A DNA stretch of 61,411 nucleotides from an uncultured Clostridium sp. (GCA_947363765.1 CANAQC010000005.1:1-61411); one strand, 5' to 3'. Counted from the stretch's first letter, positions 10,097-21,154 are shown. Notes: generated from the sequence alone by a model not told the origin. A program made the numbers and translations.

Positions 10097-12704
10097 ATGG
10101 CAGAATTTTCACCAATGATGCAACATTATTTGCAAACAAAAGAGCAATATAAAGATTGTATTTTATTTTATCGTTTGGGTGACTTTTATGAAATGTTTTT
10201 TGATGATGCAGTTACTGCATCACGTGAATTAGAACTTACTTTAACAGGAAGAGAATGTGGACAACAAGAACGTGCACCAATGTGTGGAGTTCCATTTCAT
10301 GCATCAGAAATTTATATAGCAAGGCTAATTTCTAAAGGATATAAAGTAGCAATTTGCGAACAATTAGAAGATCCAAAACAAGCAAAAGGAATTGTAAAAA
10401 GAGATGTAATTCGTGTAGTAACACCAGGAACAGTTATTGAATCAAACTTATTAGAAGAAAAAAAGAATAATTATATTATGAGTGTATACAAAAAAGGAAT
10501 ATTTTTTGGAGTATCTGTATGTGACATTTCAACAGGAGAGTTTTATGCTACACGGAATAAACGAGGAAAATAATTTTGAAAGATTACTAGATGAAATTTC
10601 ACGTTTTACACCAGTAGAAATTATTGCAAATGATTTATTATATAAAAGTGAACAAGAAACAAATATTATAAAAGAACGATTTGGTTTATACATTTCAAAA
10701 GTAGAAAATGATAGTTTTAATGAAGATTATAAAGAACTTCAAAATAATTATGAAATTATTACAACAAATGGAAATAAAATAGAAGATTTAAAAGATAAGT
10801 TATTAGTAGTAGCAAGTGTTAATGGATTATTAAATTATTTAGTTATAACTCAAAAAATGAAATTAGAACATATTAATAAAATAGAAATTTATCAAACGAC
10901 TAAATATATGTCACTAGATTTAAATGCTAGAAGAAATTTAGAAATTACGGAAAAGATGAGGGATAAATCTAAAAAAGGAACATTACTTTGGGTGTTAGAT
11001 AAAACAAGTACTTCTATGGGAGGACGTTTATTAAGAAGATGGTTAAATGATCCATTAATTGATGTAGAAGAAATTAATCTTAGATTAGATGCAGTAGAAG
11101 AATTAAAGAATAGTTTGATGTTAAGAGGTCAAATTATTGATTCATTAAAAAAAGTATATGATATAGAACGTTTAATTGGAAAAATTTCATATGGAAATGC
11201 AAATGGAAGAGATATGGTCTCTTTAAAAAATTCAATTTATGAATTACCCAATATTAAGCAAATTTTAAAAAAAGCAAAATCTCCATTACTTGTAAATCTG
11301 CAAGAACAATTAGATGAACTACAAGATATTTATAATTTAATTGAAAAAGCTATTATAGATGAACCACCTATTTCTGTAAAAGAAGGAGGTCTAATTAAAA
11401 AAGGATATAATGAAGAAGTAGATGAGTTAAAAATGGCAACAACAGATGGCAAAAATTGGTTAATAAAGTTAGAAGCAAAGGAAAAAGAACAAACTGGAAT
11501 TAAAAACTTAAAAGTAGGATTTAACAAAGTATTTGGATATTATATAGAAGTAACAAAATCAAATTTAAATTTAGTACCAGAGCATTTTATTAGAAAACAA
11601 ACACTAACTAATGGAGAAAGATATATTACAGAAGAACTAAAAGAAATAGAAGATAAAATTTTAGGTGCAGAAGAAAAATTAGTAAATTTAGAATATGAAT
11701 TATTTTTAAAAATTCGTGGAATAATGGCAAAACAAATACAAAGAATACAAAACACAGCAATTATAATATCAAAATTAGATGTAATATGCTCTTTTGCAAC
11801 TGTTGCTGGAGATTTGAATTATGTAAAACCACAAGTAAACAATTTAGGTGAAATCAATATAAAAGGCGGTAGACATCCTGTAATTGAAAAAATGCTACCA
11901 AGTGGAAGTTTTGTAGAAAATGATACATATTTAGATAAACAAAATGATAGATTATCAATTATTACAGGTCCAAATATGGCAGGAAAATCAACCTATATGA
12001 GACAAGTAGCATTAATTACACTTATGGCACAAGTAGGAAGTTTTGTTCCAGCAAGTGAGGCAAAAATTGGTGTGGTAGATAAAATCTTTACAAGAGTGGG
12101 TGCATCAGATGATTTAAGTATGGGACAAAGTACATTTATGGTAGAAATGATGGAAGTAGCAAATATTTTAAAAGAAGCAACATCAAATAGCCTTGTAATT
12201 TTAGATGAAATTGGAAGGGGAACTTCTACTTATGATGGATTATCTATTGCATGGGCAGTAGCAGGATATATTGCAGATAAACAAAAATGTGGAGCTAAAA
12301 CATTATTTGCAACTCATTACCATGAATTAACAGAGTTAGAAGATAAACTAGAGGGAGTTAAAAACTACTCTATTGCTGTAAAAGAAAAAGGAGAAGATAT
12401 TATTTTCTTAAGAAAAATTGTAAAAGGTGGAACAGATGAAAGTTATGGAATACATGTAGCAAAACTTGCAGGAGTTCCAACTCCTGTAGTAAAAAAGGCA
12501 AATGAGATTTTAAAAAGTTTAGAAAGAACTAATGCCCTTGGGAAAAAAGAAATAAAAGAAGAAAATAAATCAGAAGGTCAGTTAGACATGTATAACTATA
12601 AACTAGCTCAATTAGCACATGAAATAGATAAAATTAACTTAAATGAGTTAACACCAATAGATGCACTAAATGCATTAGTTAAATTAAAAGAAAGTATATC
12701 ATAA
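10097..12704 (+). CDS. mutS: DNA mismatch repair protein MutS, needs +1 shift at 10553
   Basis: ATG 10097 after RBS AAAGGAG; [12 protein letters not shown]..., Walker [14 protein letters not shown]; two ORF pieces join at 10553. Confidence 0.9.
10553..10556 (+). other. zero-frame CGG-A, +1 shift site (mutS)
   Basis: GCT ACA CGG AAT; zero frame stops 6 codons later; skipping C10553 gives [23 protein letters not shown]. Confidence 0.85.
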
Positions 12705-12732
12705 AAATTTTAATAAAAAGGAGAAAATGTAT

Positions 12733-13896
12733 ATGGATAAACAAATAACAGATGAAATTACATATATAGGAGTAGATGATAAAACAATTGACTTGTTTGA
12801 AAGCCAGTATATAGTACCAAATGGAATTTCATATAATTCATATTTAATTAAAGATGAAAAAAATATTGTAATGGATACAGTAGATAAACGCGCAACAGAT
12901 GAATGGTATAAAAATTTACAAATGGCATTAAATGGTGAGACTATTGATTACTTAGTAATTTCGCATTTAGAGCCAGACCATGCATATAATATTCAAAAAC
13001 TTTGTGATTCATATCCAAATATGAAAATTATTGCAAATGAAAAGATATTTGCATTCATCCCACAATTTTTTCACATTCAAAATTTAGATAAAAGAAAAGT
13101 TTTAGTAGGAGAAGGAGATATAATTTCAATTGGAAAACATACATTACAGTTTATTATGGCACCAATGGTACATTGGCCAGAAGTAATGATGACATATGAA
13201 AAAAACAATAAAATCTTATTTTCAGCAGATGCATTTGGTAAATTTGGAGCATTAGATGTACAAGAAGATTGGGATTGTGAGGCAAGGAGGTATTATTTTA
13301 ATATTGTTGGAAAATATGGTATGCAAGTACAATCTGTCCTAAATAAAGCAAAATCATTAGATATTAAAACGATATGTCCATTACATGGACCAATACTAAC
13401 AAAAGATTTAGGTCATTATTTAGAAAAGTATAATATATGGAGTAGTTACAAACCAGAAAATAAGGGAGTAACAATAGCATATGCTTCTATTCATGGAAAT
13501 ACAAAAGAAGCAGCAGAACAATTTGCTAGTCTTTTAAAAGAAGAAGGAGAAGAAAAAGTATCTTTATTTGACCTTGCAAGAGATGATTTAGCAGAAGCAA
13601 TTGAAGATGCATTTCGTTATGATAAATTAGTGTTAGCAGCAGCATCTTATAATTCAGAAGTATTCCCACCAATGCAAAACTTCTTACATCAATTAAAAGG
13701 AAAAAATTATCAAAAAAGAAAAATTGCTATTATTGAAAATGGTACTTGGGCACCATCTGCTGCAAAAAAGATGTTAGAAATATTAGAAGGTATGAAAGAT
13801 ATTACTATTTGTGAAAAAATAATAACTATTCGTTCAAGAATGAATGACAAAAATAAACAAGAAATGAGAGAACTTGCAAAAGAACTAATAAAATAG
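12733..13896 (+). CDS. flavodiiron protein (metallo-beta-lactamase + flavodoxin domains, FprA-like)
   Basis: SHLEPDH di-iron motif and C-terminal flavodoxin-like half; ATG 12733 is better spaced from AGGAG (12719-12723) than ATG 12727. Confidence 0.8.
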   Translation: MDKQITDEITYIGVDDKTIDLFESQYIVPNGISYNSYLIKDEKNIVMDTVDKRATDEWYKNLQMALNGETIDYLVISHLEPDHAYNIQKLCDSYPNMKIIANEKIFAFIPQFFHIQNLDKRKVLVGEGDIISIGKHTLQFIMAPMVHWPEVMMTYEKNNKILFSADAFGKFGALDVQEDWDCEARRYYFNIVGKYGMQVQSVLNKAKSLDIKTICPLHGPILTKDLGHYLEKYNIWSSYKPENKGVTIAYASIHGNTKEAAEQFASLLKEEGEEKVSLFDLARDDLAEAIEDAFRYDKLVLAAASYNSEVFPPMQNFLHQLKGKNYQKRKIAIIENGTWAPSAAKKMLEILEGMKDITICEKIITIRSRMNDKNKQEMRELAKELIK

Positions 13897-13914
13897 AAAA
13901 ATAAACTTATAAAT

Positions 13915-13950
13915 AAAAACAAACCAAATTCAAAAATTTGGTTTGTTTTT
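13915..13950. terminator. bidirectional terminator (flavodiiron gene / spoIVA)
   Basis: AAAAACAAACCAAAT-loop-ATTTGGTTTGTTTTT, A-run and T-run on either side, between convergent genes. Confidence 0.65.
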
Positions 13951-13957
13951 ATATTAA

Positions 13958-15436
13958 TTATAATATTATACAAATTAATCCGCCACTACCTTCATTTACA
14001 ATACGCTCTAATGTTTCTTGTAGTTTTCCTTGTGCATCTTCTGGCATTCTACAAAGTTTATTTTGTAAACCTTCATTTACTAATTCATGAAGACTTTTTC
14101 CAAAAATATTAGATTCCCAAATTTTTTGTGGATCAGACTCAAACTCAGAAAGTAAATAATTAACCAATTCTTCAGATTGTTTTTCACTACCAACAATAGG
14201 AGATACTTCTGTCTCAATATTTGCTCTAATAATATGAAGACTTGGCGCAGTAGCTTTTAGTTTTACACCAAAACGAGAACCTTGTTTTACCATTTCTGGT
14301 TCATCTAAAATTAATTCATCAATTGAAGGTGTTACAATACCATAACCTTTTTGTTTCACTTCTTCTAAAGCATATGCTATTTTATCATATTCTTTTTTAG
14401 TAGAAGCAAGAGTGGTAATAGTTTCAAATAAATCTCCTTCATTTCCAATTTCTACACCAGAAATTTCAGTTAATATTTTATAGAAAAGTTCCTCTTTTAA
14501 AGTTATAGAAATATTAACATTACCATTACCAAGTAAAATCTCATCAAGAGATGTTTTTTCTATAATATCTGTTTTTAAAATTTTGCTAATAGATGAATCT
14601 ACTTGTTTTAACATTGTTACATCTAAAAATGCATCTTTAATTTGAGTATATAAGTTTTGCTTTAACCAATGTTCATCATTAAGACCATCTACCCATTTTG
14701 GAAAATTAATGTTAATTTGTTCAATTGGGAATTCGTACAAAATTCTTGCAAAAATATCATTTAAATCATCAGCATTTAAATTAGAGCAATCAGTAGGAAT
14801 AACACTTGTTTGATATTTATCTTCTAATTTTCTTGCAAGTTCTTTGGTATATTCAGAATATGGTTCACTTGAATTTAAAACAATAATAAAAGGTTTATTT
14901 AATTGCTTTAATTCTTTTACTACTCTTTCCTCAGCACTAATATAATCTTCTCTTGGAATATCTGTAATACTACCATCAGTAGTAACTAAAATACCAATTG
15001 TAGAATGTTCTTCAATAACTTTTTTAGTACCAATTTCGGCAGCTTCTTCAAATGGAATTTCATCAGTTGACCAAGGTGTTTTTACCATTCTTGGTGCATC
15101 ATCTTCTAAATAACCTATAGCATTATTTACTAAATAACCTACGCAATCTACTAATCTTGTTTTTAATTTTAAATTATCACCAACAGTAATTTCAATTGCT
15201 TCATTTGGAACAAATTTTGGTTCTGTAGTCATAATTGTTCTGCCTGCTGCACTTTGTGGTAATTCGTCTTTTGCACGTTCTTTTTTGTATTCATTATCAA
15301 TATTTGGAATTACAAGTAAATCCATAAATTTTTTTATAAAAGTTGATTTACCTGTTCTAACAGGTCCAACCACTCCTATATAGATATCACCATCTGTACG
15401 TTTTGCAATATCTTGATATAAGCTTAAATTTTCCAT
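13958..15436 (-). CDS. spoIVA: stage IV sporulation protein A
   Basis: 492 aa, MENLSLYQDIAKRTDGDIYIGVVGPVRTGKSTFIKKF... is the SpoIVA ATPase N-terminus; RBS GAGGGGG. Confidence 0.95.
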   Translation of the reverse strand: MENLSLYQDIAKRTDGDIYIGVVGPVRTGKSTFIKKFMDLLVIPNIDNEYKKERAKDELPQSAAGRTIMTTEPKFVPNEAIEITVGDNLKLKTRLVDCVGYLVNNAIGYLEDDAPRMVKTPWSTDEIPFEEAAEIGTKKVIEEHSTIGILVTTDGSITDIPREDYISAEERVVKELKQLNKPFIIVLNSSEPYSEYTKELARKLEDKYQTSVIPTDCSNLNADDLNDIFARILYEFPIEQININFPKWVDGLNDEHWLKQNLYTQIKDAFLDVTMLKQVDSSISKILKTDIIEKTSLDEILLGNGNVNISITLKEELFYKILTEISGVEIGNEGDLFETITTLASTKKEYDKIAYALEEVKQKGYGIVTPSIDELILDEPEMVKQGSRFGVKLKATAPSLHIIRANIETEVSPIVGSEKQSEELVNYLLSEFESDPQKIWESNIFGKSLHELVNEGLQNKLCRMPEDAQGKLQETLERIVNEGSGGLICIIL

Positions 15437-15479
15437 TTATTTTACCCCCTCAAAATGTTTGTACGAATTTAACTTTATT

Positions 15480-15509
15480 AATGTATATTTATAATAGTCA
15501 TGAATATTC
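15480..15509 (-). promoter_or_regulatory. possible sigmaE-type promoter of spoIVA
   Basis: minus strand reads GAATATT - 16 nt - TATACATT, resembling the kmATATT / CATACAnT sigmaE consensus (from memory), about 45 nt upstream of ATG. Confidence 0.3.
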
Positions 15510-15592
15510 CTAAATTTTAAAATTTTTTATTATAAATTTAAAAACAGATATAACAAAAAAATGTATGAGGAATAAGATATAACATAAGAAAT

Positions 15593-15621
15593 TTGCATTC
15601 TATATTTATTTATGGTAAAAT
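15593..15621 (+). promoter_or_regulatory. promoter candidate for glmU
   Basis: TTGCAT 15593-15598, 17-nt spacer, extended -10 TGgTAAAAT ending 15621. Confidence 0.45.
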
Positions 15622-15662
15622 ATAGAACAAAGAAAAGCACTTTAAGAAAGGATAGATGTATA

Positions 15663-16925
15663 ATGGCGCAAGATACAATAGCTATTGTAATGGCAGCAGG
15701 AAAAGGAACTAGAATGAAATCTAAAAAATCTAAATTAGTACATAAAATATATGGGAAAGAAATTATAAAAAGAGCGGTAGAAAATGTAAAAAGAGCTGGA
15801 ATTGATAATATTATTGTTGTAGTAGGTTATCAAAAAGAACAAATAGAAGAAGTATTAAAAGATAGTGTCACATATGCAGTTCAAGATGAACAATTAGGAA
15901 CAGGTCATGCAGTTATGAAAGCTGCAAAACTAATAGAAGGAAGAAAAGGTAAGGTTCTAGTATTAAATGGTGATCATCCTATTATGAGACCAGAGACTTT
16001 AAAAAACTTAGTAGATATATCAAATAAAAAACAAGAAAGTGCAACAATATTAACAATGGTACATGAGAATGTTTTACCATATGGAAAAATTATACATGAT
16101 GGTGAAGGTAAAATTAAAGAAATTGTTGAACATAAAGATTGTAATGATGAACAGCTTAATATAAAAGAAGTAAATCTTGGAATGTATTGTTTTGATATTG
16201 AAGAACTAGAAAAAGCATTAAAAGAATTAAAAAGTAATAATGCACAAAATGAGTATTATTTAACAGATGTTATTAAAATTATGTATGACAAAGGACTAAA
16301 AACAGGTTCAATTGTTGTATCAGATAATGCAGAAGTATTAGGAATAAATGATAGAATGGATTTACAAGTTCTAACAAAAGCATTGCAATTACGTATTAAT
16401 ACACAACATATGAGAAATGGTGTTACAATAGAAGATATTAATAATACATATATTTATGATGATGTAGAAATTGGAATAGATACAGTTATTCATCCAAATA
16501 CTACAATAAAAACTGGAGTAGTAATTGGAGAAGATTGTGAAATTGGACCAAATGCATATATTAGAGAGGGATGTAAGTTATCAAATAATGTAAAAATAGG
16601 AAGTTTTGTAGAAGTTAAAAAAGCAATTATTGGAGAAGGTACAAAAGTCCCACATCTTTCATATATGGGAGATTGCGAAATTGGTTCAAAAACTAATATT
16701 GGTTGTGGAACAATTACTTGCAATTATGATGGATTTAATAAAAGCAAAACTATAATAGGAGATAATTCTTTTGTTGGTTCTAATACAAATTTAGTTGCAC
16801 CAGTAACTTTAGGAAAAAATACTTTTGTTGCAGCAGGTTCAACAATAACAGATGATGTACCAAATGATTCACTTGCTATTGCAAGACAAAGACAAACCAA
16901 TAAAGAGGGATGGAATAGAAAATAA
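15663..16925 (+). CDS. glmU: bifunctional GlcNAc-1-P uridyltransferase / GlcN-1-P acetyltransferase GlmU
   Basis: MAQDTIAIVMAAGKGTRMKS N-terminus and C-terminal hexapeptide repeats; the ORF-track start 15612 lies inside the promoter -10. Confidence 0.9.
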   Translation: MAQDTIAIVMAAGKGTRMKSKKSKLVHKIYGKEIIKRAVENVKRAGIDNIIVVVGYQKEQIEEVLKDSVTYAVQDEQLGTGHAVMKAAKLIEGRKGKVLVLNGDHPIMRPETLKNLVDISNKKQESATILTMVHENVLPYGKIIHDGEGKIKEIVEHKDCNDEQLNIKEVNLGMYCFDIEELEKALKELKSNNAQNEYYLTDVIKIMYDKGLKTGSIVVSDNAEVLGINDRMDLQVLTKALQLRINTQHMRNGVTIEDINNTYIYDDVEIGIDTVIHPNTTIKTGVVIGEDCEIGPNAYIREGCKLSNNVKIGSFVEVKKAIIGEGTKVPHLSYMGDCEIGSKTNIGCGTITCNYDGFNKSKTIIGDNSFVGSNTNLVAPVTLGKNTFVAAGSTITDDVPNDSLAIARQRQTNKEGWNRK

Positions 16926-16930
16926 AATTG

Positions 16931-16969
16931 AAAAAGCATATATACAGTAATTTTGTATATATGCTTTTT
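16931..16969 (+). terminator. rho-independent terminator after glmU
   Basis: GCATATATAC-9 nt loop-GTATATATGC followed by TTTTT. Confidence 0.7.
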
Positions 16970-16995
16970 AATATACAAGATTTCATAATATGTTA

Positions 16996-17024
16996 TTGAC
17001 ATAAAACGAAATAAATGTTAAAAT
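16996..17024 (+). promoter_or_regulatory. near-consensus promoter for ORF 17072
   Basis: TTGACA 16996-17001, 17-nt spacer, extended -10 TGtTAAAAT ending 17024. Confidence 0.5.
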
Positions 17025-17071
17025 GTTTACATAATGTAATAAAAATAAAGGGTAAAGAGGTAGTTTTTATA

Positions 17072-18043
17072 ATGAAAGTAAAAATAAAAGATAATAAACC
17101 AAAGTTAACAGTAGTAGAAAGAAAAATATTAAACGAACTAAAAAAATATGATTACAAAATTTTGCAAAAAGAAATAGCAAGCATATTAGGAATATCAAGT
17201 TCATCAGTTTGTAAACATGAAAAAAATTTGGAAGAAAAAGGATATAATATAAAAGAAGAAAGGAAAGAAAGGAAAAAAACACAATTAACGCAAAAACAGC
17301 AAGAATTATTAGATTTATTAGAAAGTCGTAATTATACAATAACACAAATTGAAATTGCTAGAATAATGAATATAACAAGACAAAGGGTTAATAATATAAT
17401 AAATGAAATAACAATTAAAGGATATACTATAGAATTTAAAAAGCCTATTAAAGAAGATGAGAAAAAATGCATGTTAAAAGAAAAAAACGAAATAGAACAA
17501 AAACAATTATCTGAAAAAGAGCAAGAATTACTTTCAATTTATGAAGAAAGAGATTATAAAGCAACAAGTAAGGATATTAGTAATATAATGAAAATATATC
17601 CATCATATATACAAAGATTAATTCAAAAGTTTTGTGAATTTTCATTATCACAAGAAGATGCAAAAAGAGTAGCAAAATTTATAAAATATAAGACAAATTT
17701 AAAAAAATTACCTCAAAAAATAGAAAATACCAATAAAATTAACTATGATAATATTGGAGTTTTAATAGATGAATTACTACAAGATCAAAAAGAAGATAAA
17801 ACAAAGGCAGTAGAATTTGTAATTGCATATGAGAAAATCTTATTAAAAAGAGGACTTGAAAGAGTAGAAGAACCACTATATAAGTTATTATTAAAATACA
17901 ATATAAAATTAACAAAATTACAATGTCTAGAAATAAAAGATTTAATTAATACATATGAACAAATTATAAAAGAGCAAAAAGATTTAACAATGCAAAAAAT
18001 GGAACAACCATCAATACAGCAAGATAAAGGTATTGAATTATAA
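17072..18043 (+). CDS. hypothetical protein with three tandem HTH-like repeats
   Basis: ATG 17072 after AAAGAGG; three about 55-aa repeats (L-T/S-x-K/E-x-x-L...Y-x-x-T-x-x-E/D-I-A/S-x-I-M/L) followed by an unrelated 130-aa tail. Confidence 0.6.
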   Translation: MKVKIKDNKPKLTVVERKILNELKKYDYKILQKEIASILGISSSSVCKHEKNLEEKGYNIKEERKERKKTQLTQKQQELLDLLESRNYTITQIEIARIMNITRQRVNNIINEITIKGYTIEFKKPIKEDEKKCMLKEKNEIEQKQLSEKEQELLSIYEERDYKATSKDISNIMKIYPSYIQRLIQKFCEFSLSQEDAKRVAKFIKYKTNLKKLPQKIENTNKINYDNIGVLIDELLQDQKEDKTKAVEFVIAYEKILLKRGLERVEEPLYKLLLKYNIKLTKLQCLEIKDLINTYEQIIKEQKDLTMQKMEQPSIQQDKGIEL

Positions 18044-18050
18044 ATAATAT

Positions 18051-18107
18051 AAAAAGAAGATAAAATAAATAAAACTATTAAAATGTTATTTACTTTATCT
18101 TCTTTTT
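18051..18107. terminator. long imperfect hairpin between convergent genes
   Basis: AAAAAGAAGATAAA ... TTTATCTTCTTTTT arms with a partly paired AT-rich interior. Confidence 0.4.
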
Positions 18108-18114
18108 AATAATA

Positions 18115-18492
18115 CTATAACTTGTTGTCACCAGGAACAAAGTAATCAACAACACCATAAACAAGTGCACCAATTATAGCAGCAATCCAAGAAATACTGT
18201 ATCCAGCTACAAAGAATTGAGTAACATATAAAACTACTGCTGAAAGTACAAAACCAACAAATCCTTTACCAAAAGGACTAGCATGTAATCCTGTAAATTT
18301 TACAATTAAATAATCAATAACAGTTAGAACAACAGCAGCAAGAGCTAGAGTCCATATATTATTTATGCTAAATCCAGGTGTGAAAAATGCAGTAATAGCA
18401 AGAACAATAGCAGCGGCTACAAATCTCCATATAATTTGTCCAATTGTACTAGTTCCATTTGATGTCTGAACATTACTTCTTTCGTTATCCAT
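18115..18492 (-). CDS. small 4-TM membrane protein (DUF360/DUF2512-like)
   Basis: 125 aa, four hydrophobic spans, RBS AGGAGG; family assignment tentative. Confidence 0.6.
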   Translation of the reverse strand: MDNERSNVQTSNGTSTIGQIIWRFVAAAIVLAITAFFTPGFSINNIWTLALAAVVLTVIDYLIVKFTGLHASPFGKGFVGFVLSAVVLYVTQFFVAGYSISWIAAIIGALVYGVVDYFVPGDNKL

Positions 18493-18654
18493 AAAGAAAA
18501 CCTCCTATCTTTTAAAAGATATTTGTATGCAATTTTCAAAGTTTGCAATTTTATTATAAACAAAAAAATAAAAATTATACAAACGAAAAAAGTATAATAA
18601 ATCAAAAACTGTTTAAAATAACTATATATAAAAACAAAAAAGAGAGGAAAAGTC

Positions 18655-19335
18655 ATGTTAATTACTTTTGTTAGAGCCATTTTTTTATACATAGTTGTTT
18701 TAGTAGTAATGCGTTTAATGGGTAAAAGAGAAATTGGACAATTACAGCCATTTGAACTTGCAATTTCAATTATGATTGCAGATCTTGCATCAATTCCAAT
18801 GACAGAAACAGGAATACCAATAACAAGAGGAATTATACCAATTTTTGGATTGCTTATTATGCATTTACTTATTTCTTTTATTAACTTAAAAAGCGTAAAA
18901 GCAAGAGAAATAATTTGTGGAAAACCAAGAATTCTAATTTATAGAGGAAAAATTGATGAAAAAGCTTTAATAAAAGAAAGATTTACTATTAATGAATTAG
19001 AAGAAAGATTAAGAGGAAATAATGTTGCAAATATTGGAGATGTTGAATATGCAATATTAGAAACAAGTGGAGACCTTACAGTTATTCAAAAACCAAATAA
19101 GAGGACAACAATACCAGAGGACTTTAATATTATGCCAGAATATGAAGGTATACCATATAATTTAGTAGTAGATGGAAAGATAATGGAAAAAAACTTACAA
19201 AAAATTGGAAGAAACTATACTTGGCTTGTAAAACAAGTAGAAAAGTTTGGTATAAAACCAGAAGAAGCTTTACTTGTAACATTAGATGGAAAAGAACAAA
19301 TCTTTTGCCAAAAGAAAGGGGAAAAAGATGTATAA
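18655..19335 (+). CDS. DUF421 (YetF-like) membrane protein
   Basis: 226 aa, N-terminus VVMRLMGKREIGQLQPFELAISIMIADLAS typical of DUF421. Confidence 0.8.
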   Translation: MLITFVRAIFLYIVVLVVMRLMGKREIGQLQPFELAISIMIADLASIPMTETGIPITRGIIPIFGLLIMHLLISFINLKSVKAREIICGKPRILIYRGKIDEKALIKERFTINELEERLRGNNVANIGDVEYAILETSGDLTVIQKPNKRTTIPEDFNIMPEYEGIPYNLVVDGKIMEKNLQKIGRNYTWLVKQVEKFGIKPEEALLVTLDGKEQIFCQKKGEKDV

Positions 19336-19717
19336 AGAAGTAATTATTAGTATTATTATTGCAACTATAATTTTAGTATTAAATTTTATTACACAAACTT
19401 ATACAAAAAATGCAGTCTCACAAGTTAGTAAACACTTAGACAATACAAAAGAAGAATTAATAAAACAAAGTCCAGACTATGAAACAGCTTCAAAAAAGGC
19501 AGATGATACCTTAAATAAATGGGAAGAACTAGATGATATAATTGCTCTTTATATAGAACATGCTGAAATAGAAAAAGTAAAAACCGCTTTAATATCAATG
19601 CAAAGTTTTATTAAAATGGAGGATGATTCACAAGCGGTTGATAGTATAGATAGATGTAAATATATTCTAGAAAATATAAAACAAAGAGAGCAATTTTCAA
19701 TAGATAATATATTTTAA
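19328..19717 (+). CDS. DUF4363-like small membrane-anchored protein
   Basis: ATG 19328 overlaps the DUF421 stop; one N-terminal TM; DUF421/DUF4363 pairing is common in Clostridia (from memory). Confidence 0.55.
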   Translation: MYKEVIISIIIATIILVLNFITQTYTKNAVSQVSKHLDNTKEELIKQSPDYETASKKADDTLNKWEELDDIIALYIEHAEIEKVKTALISMQSFIKMEDDSQAVDSIDRCKYILENIKQREQFSIDNIF

Positions 19718-19736
19718 GTTCAAAAATATAATTTTA

Positions 19737-20486
19737 TTAGTTTACTAAATCATCCATTTCATAATATCCAGGATTTTTGTTAGAAATAAATATAGCAGCC
19801 TTTAGAGCACCTTGTGCAAATACATTTCTAGAATAAGAAGTATGTTTTATTTCAAAAGTTTCATGTTCTCCAAAAAATAATACACTATGTTCTCCAACAA
19901 TATTTCCACCACGGATAGAAGAAAAGCCAATTTCTTTTGGATTTCTTTTATTGTGTATGTCATGACGATTAAAATTATAGTCTAATTTTTCTCCTAATGC
20001 TTCACAAATAGAATCTGCAAGTGATATAGCAGTACCACTTGGAGCATCTAGTTTTTTATTGTGATGTGTCTCTACAATTTCGATATTGGTTTGTGGTAAC
20101 TTTTTTGCAACTTGTGCAACAATTTTTTTCATAAGATTAATATCAAAAGACATATTAGAAGATTTAAAAATTGGAATTAAAGTAGATGCTACTTTAATTT
20201 CTTCTAATTGTTCATTAGTAAATCCAGTAGTAGCAATTACAATGGGAACTTTTTTTGCTACTGCATAATCTAAAATATTAAAAGTAGAAATAGGTACACT
20301 AAAATCTACTATTACATCTGGCTTTTCTTTTATATCTTCTATTTTGGAGTATACAGGAAAAACGTTTTTTCCTGTATCATTAATATCAAATCCACCAATT
20401 AGTAAAAGTTCTTTAAAATTATCAATCTCATTTACTAAATTTTGTCCCATTCTACCATTACATCCGTTAATTAAAACTTTTATCAT
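19737..20486 (-). CDS. dapB: 4-hydroxy-tetrahydrodipicolinate reductase
   Basis: 249 aa, MIKVLINGCNGRMG NAD-binding N-terminus and EIVETHHNKKLDAPSGTA motif. Confidence 0.9.
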   Translation of the reverse strand: MIKVLINGCNGRMGQNLVNEIDNFKELLLIGGFDINDTGKNVFPVYSKIEDIKEKPDVIVDFSVPISTFNILDYAVAKKVPIVIATTGFTNEQLEEIKVASTLIPIFKSSNMSFDINLMKKIVAQVAKKLPQTNIEIVETHHNKKLDAPSGTAISLADSICEALGEKLDYNFNRHDIHNKRNPKEIGFSSIRGGNIVGEHSVLFFGEHETFEIKHTSYSRNVFAQGALKAAIFISNKNPGYYEMDDLVN

Positions 20487-20617
20487 AATTTAAAATCCTT
20501 CTTTCTTTTATATATTAAATATCTAAAACTATTATACAAAAAAAATAGAAAAAACTGCAAGTAATATAACAAAAAAATTAATTACTTACAGTTTTAAATA
20601 TAAAATACCATTATAAT

Positions 20618-21154
20618 CTAGTGTATAATAAGTACAAGACTAAGAAAAATATAGGCATATCTATATAATTTTCTAACAATTGGCTTTTTTTCATAAGCTT
20701 TATAAGATTCATAAATTGCACAATACTTATCTACAAAACTTACAATAAAACTTTCCTTATAATGTGGTAGACTAATTGTTAAAGGCCACATATGTTTTAA
20801 TATAATATCTTTTTCAACATTATTTAATGTAAACAATGTTGATGCATTTTTAAAAGCAGTTTTTGGATGAGTGAAAGCATGAAAGCCTTTTCTACCATCT
20901 TGTCTTAATCTCCAATCATACAAAAATAAATCATGTAACATTCCAGCTCTAGCAACAGATATATAATCTAAATTAAATTTTCTGCAAATTAAGTAACTAT
21001 AATAAGCTACATTTTTGCAATGTTCAAAACATGAAGTATCATAATGCTGTTTATAATTTTTCATTTTTTGTACAGTTTCGTTTGAAACTAAATCATCTAT
21101 AATTAAATCAAAGTCAGATTTTAATAATTCTTTGTTTTCTTCTAGCATTAACAT
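20618..21154 (-). CDS. HD-domain phosphohydrolase
   Basis: 178 aa, HCKNVAY...GMLHDLFLYDW HD signature. Confidence 0.7.
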   Translation of the reverse strand: MLMLEENKELLKSDFDLIIDDLVSNETVQKMKNYKQHYDTSCFEHCKNVAYYSYLICRKFNLDYISVARAGMLHDLFLYDWRLRQDGRKGFHAFTHPKTAFKNASTLFTLNNVEKDIILKHMWPLTISLPHYKESFIVSFVDKYCAIYESYKAYEKKPIVRKLYRYAYIFLSLVLIIH

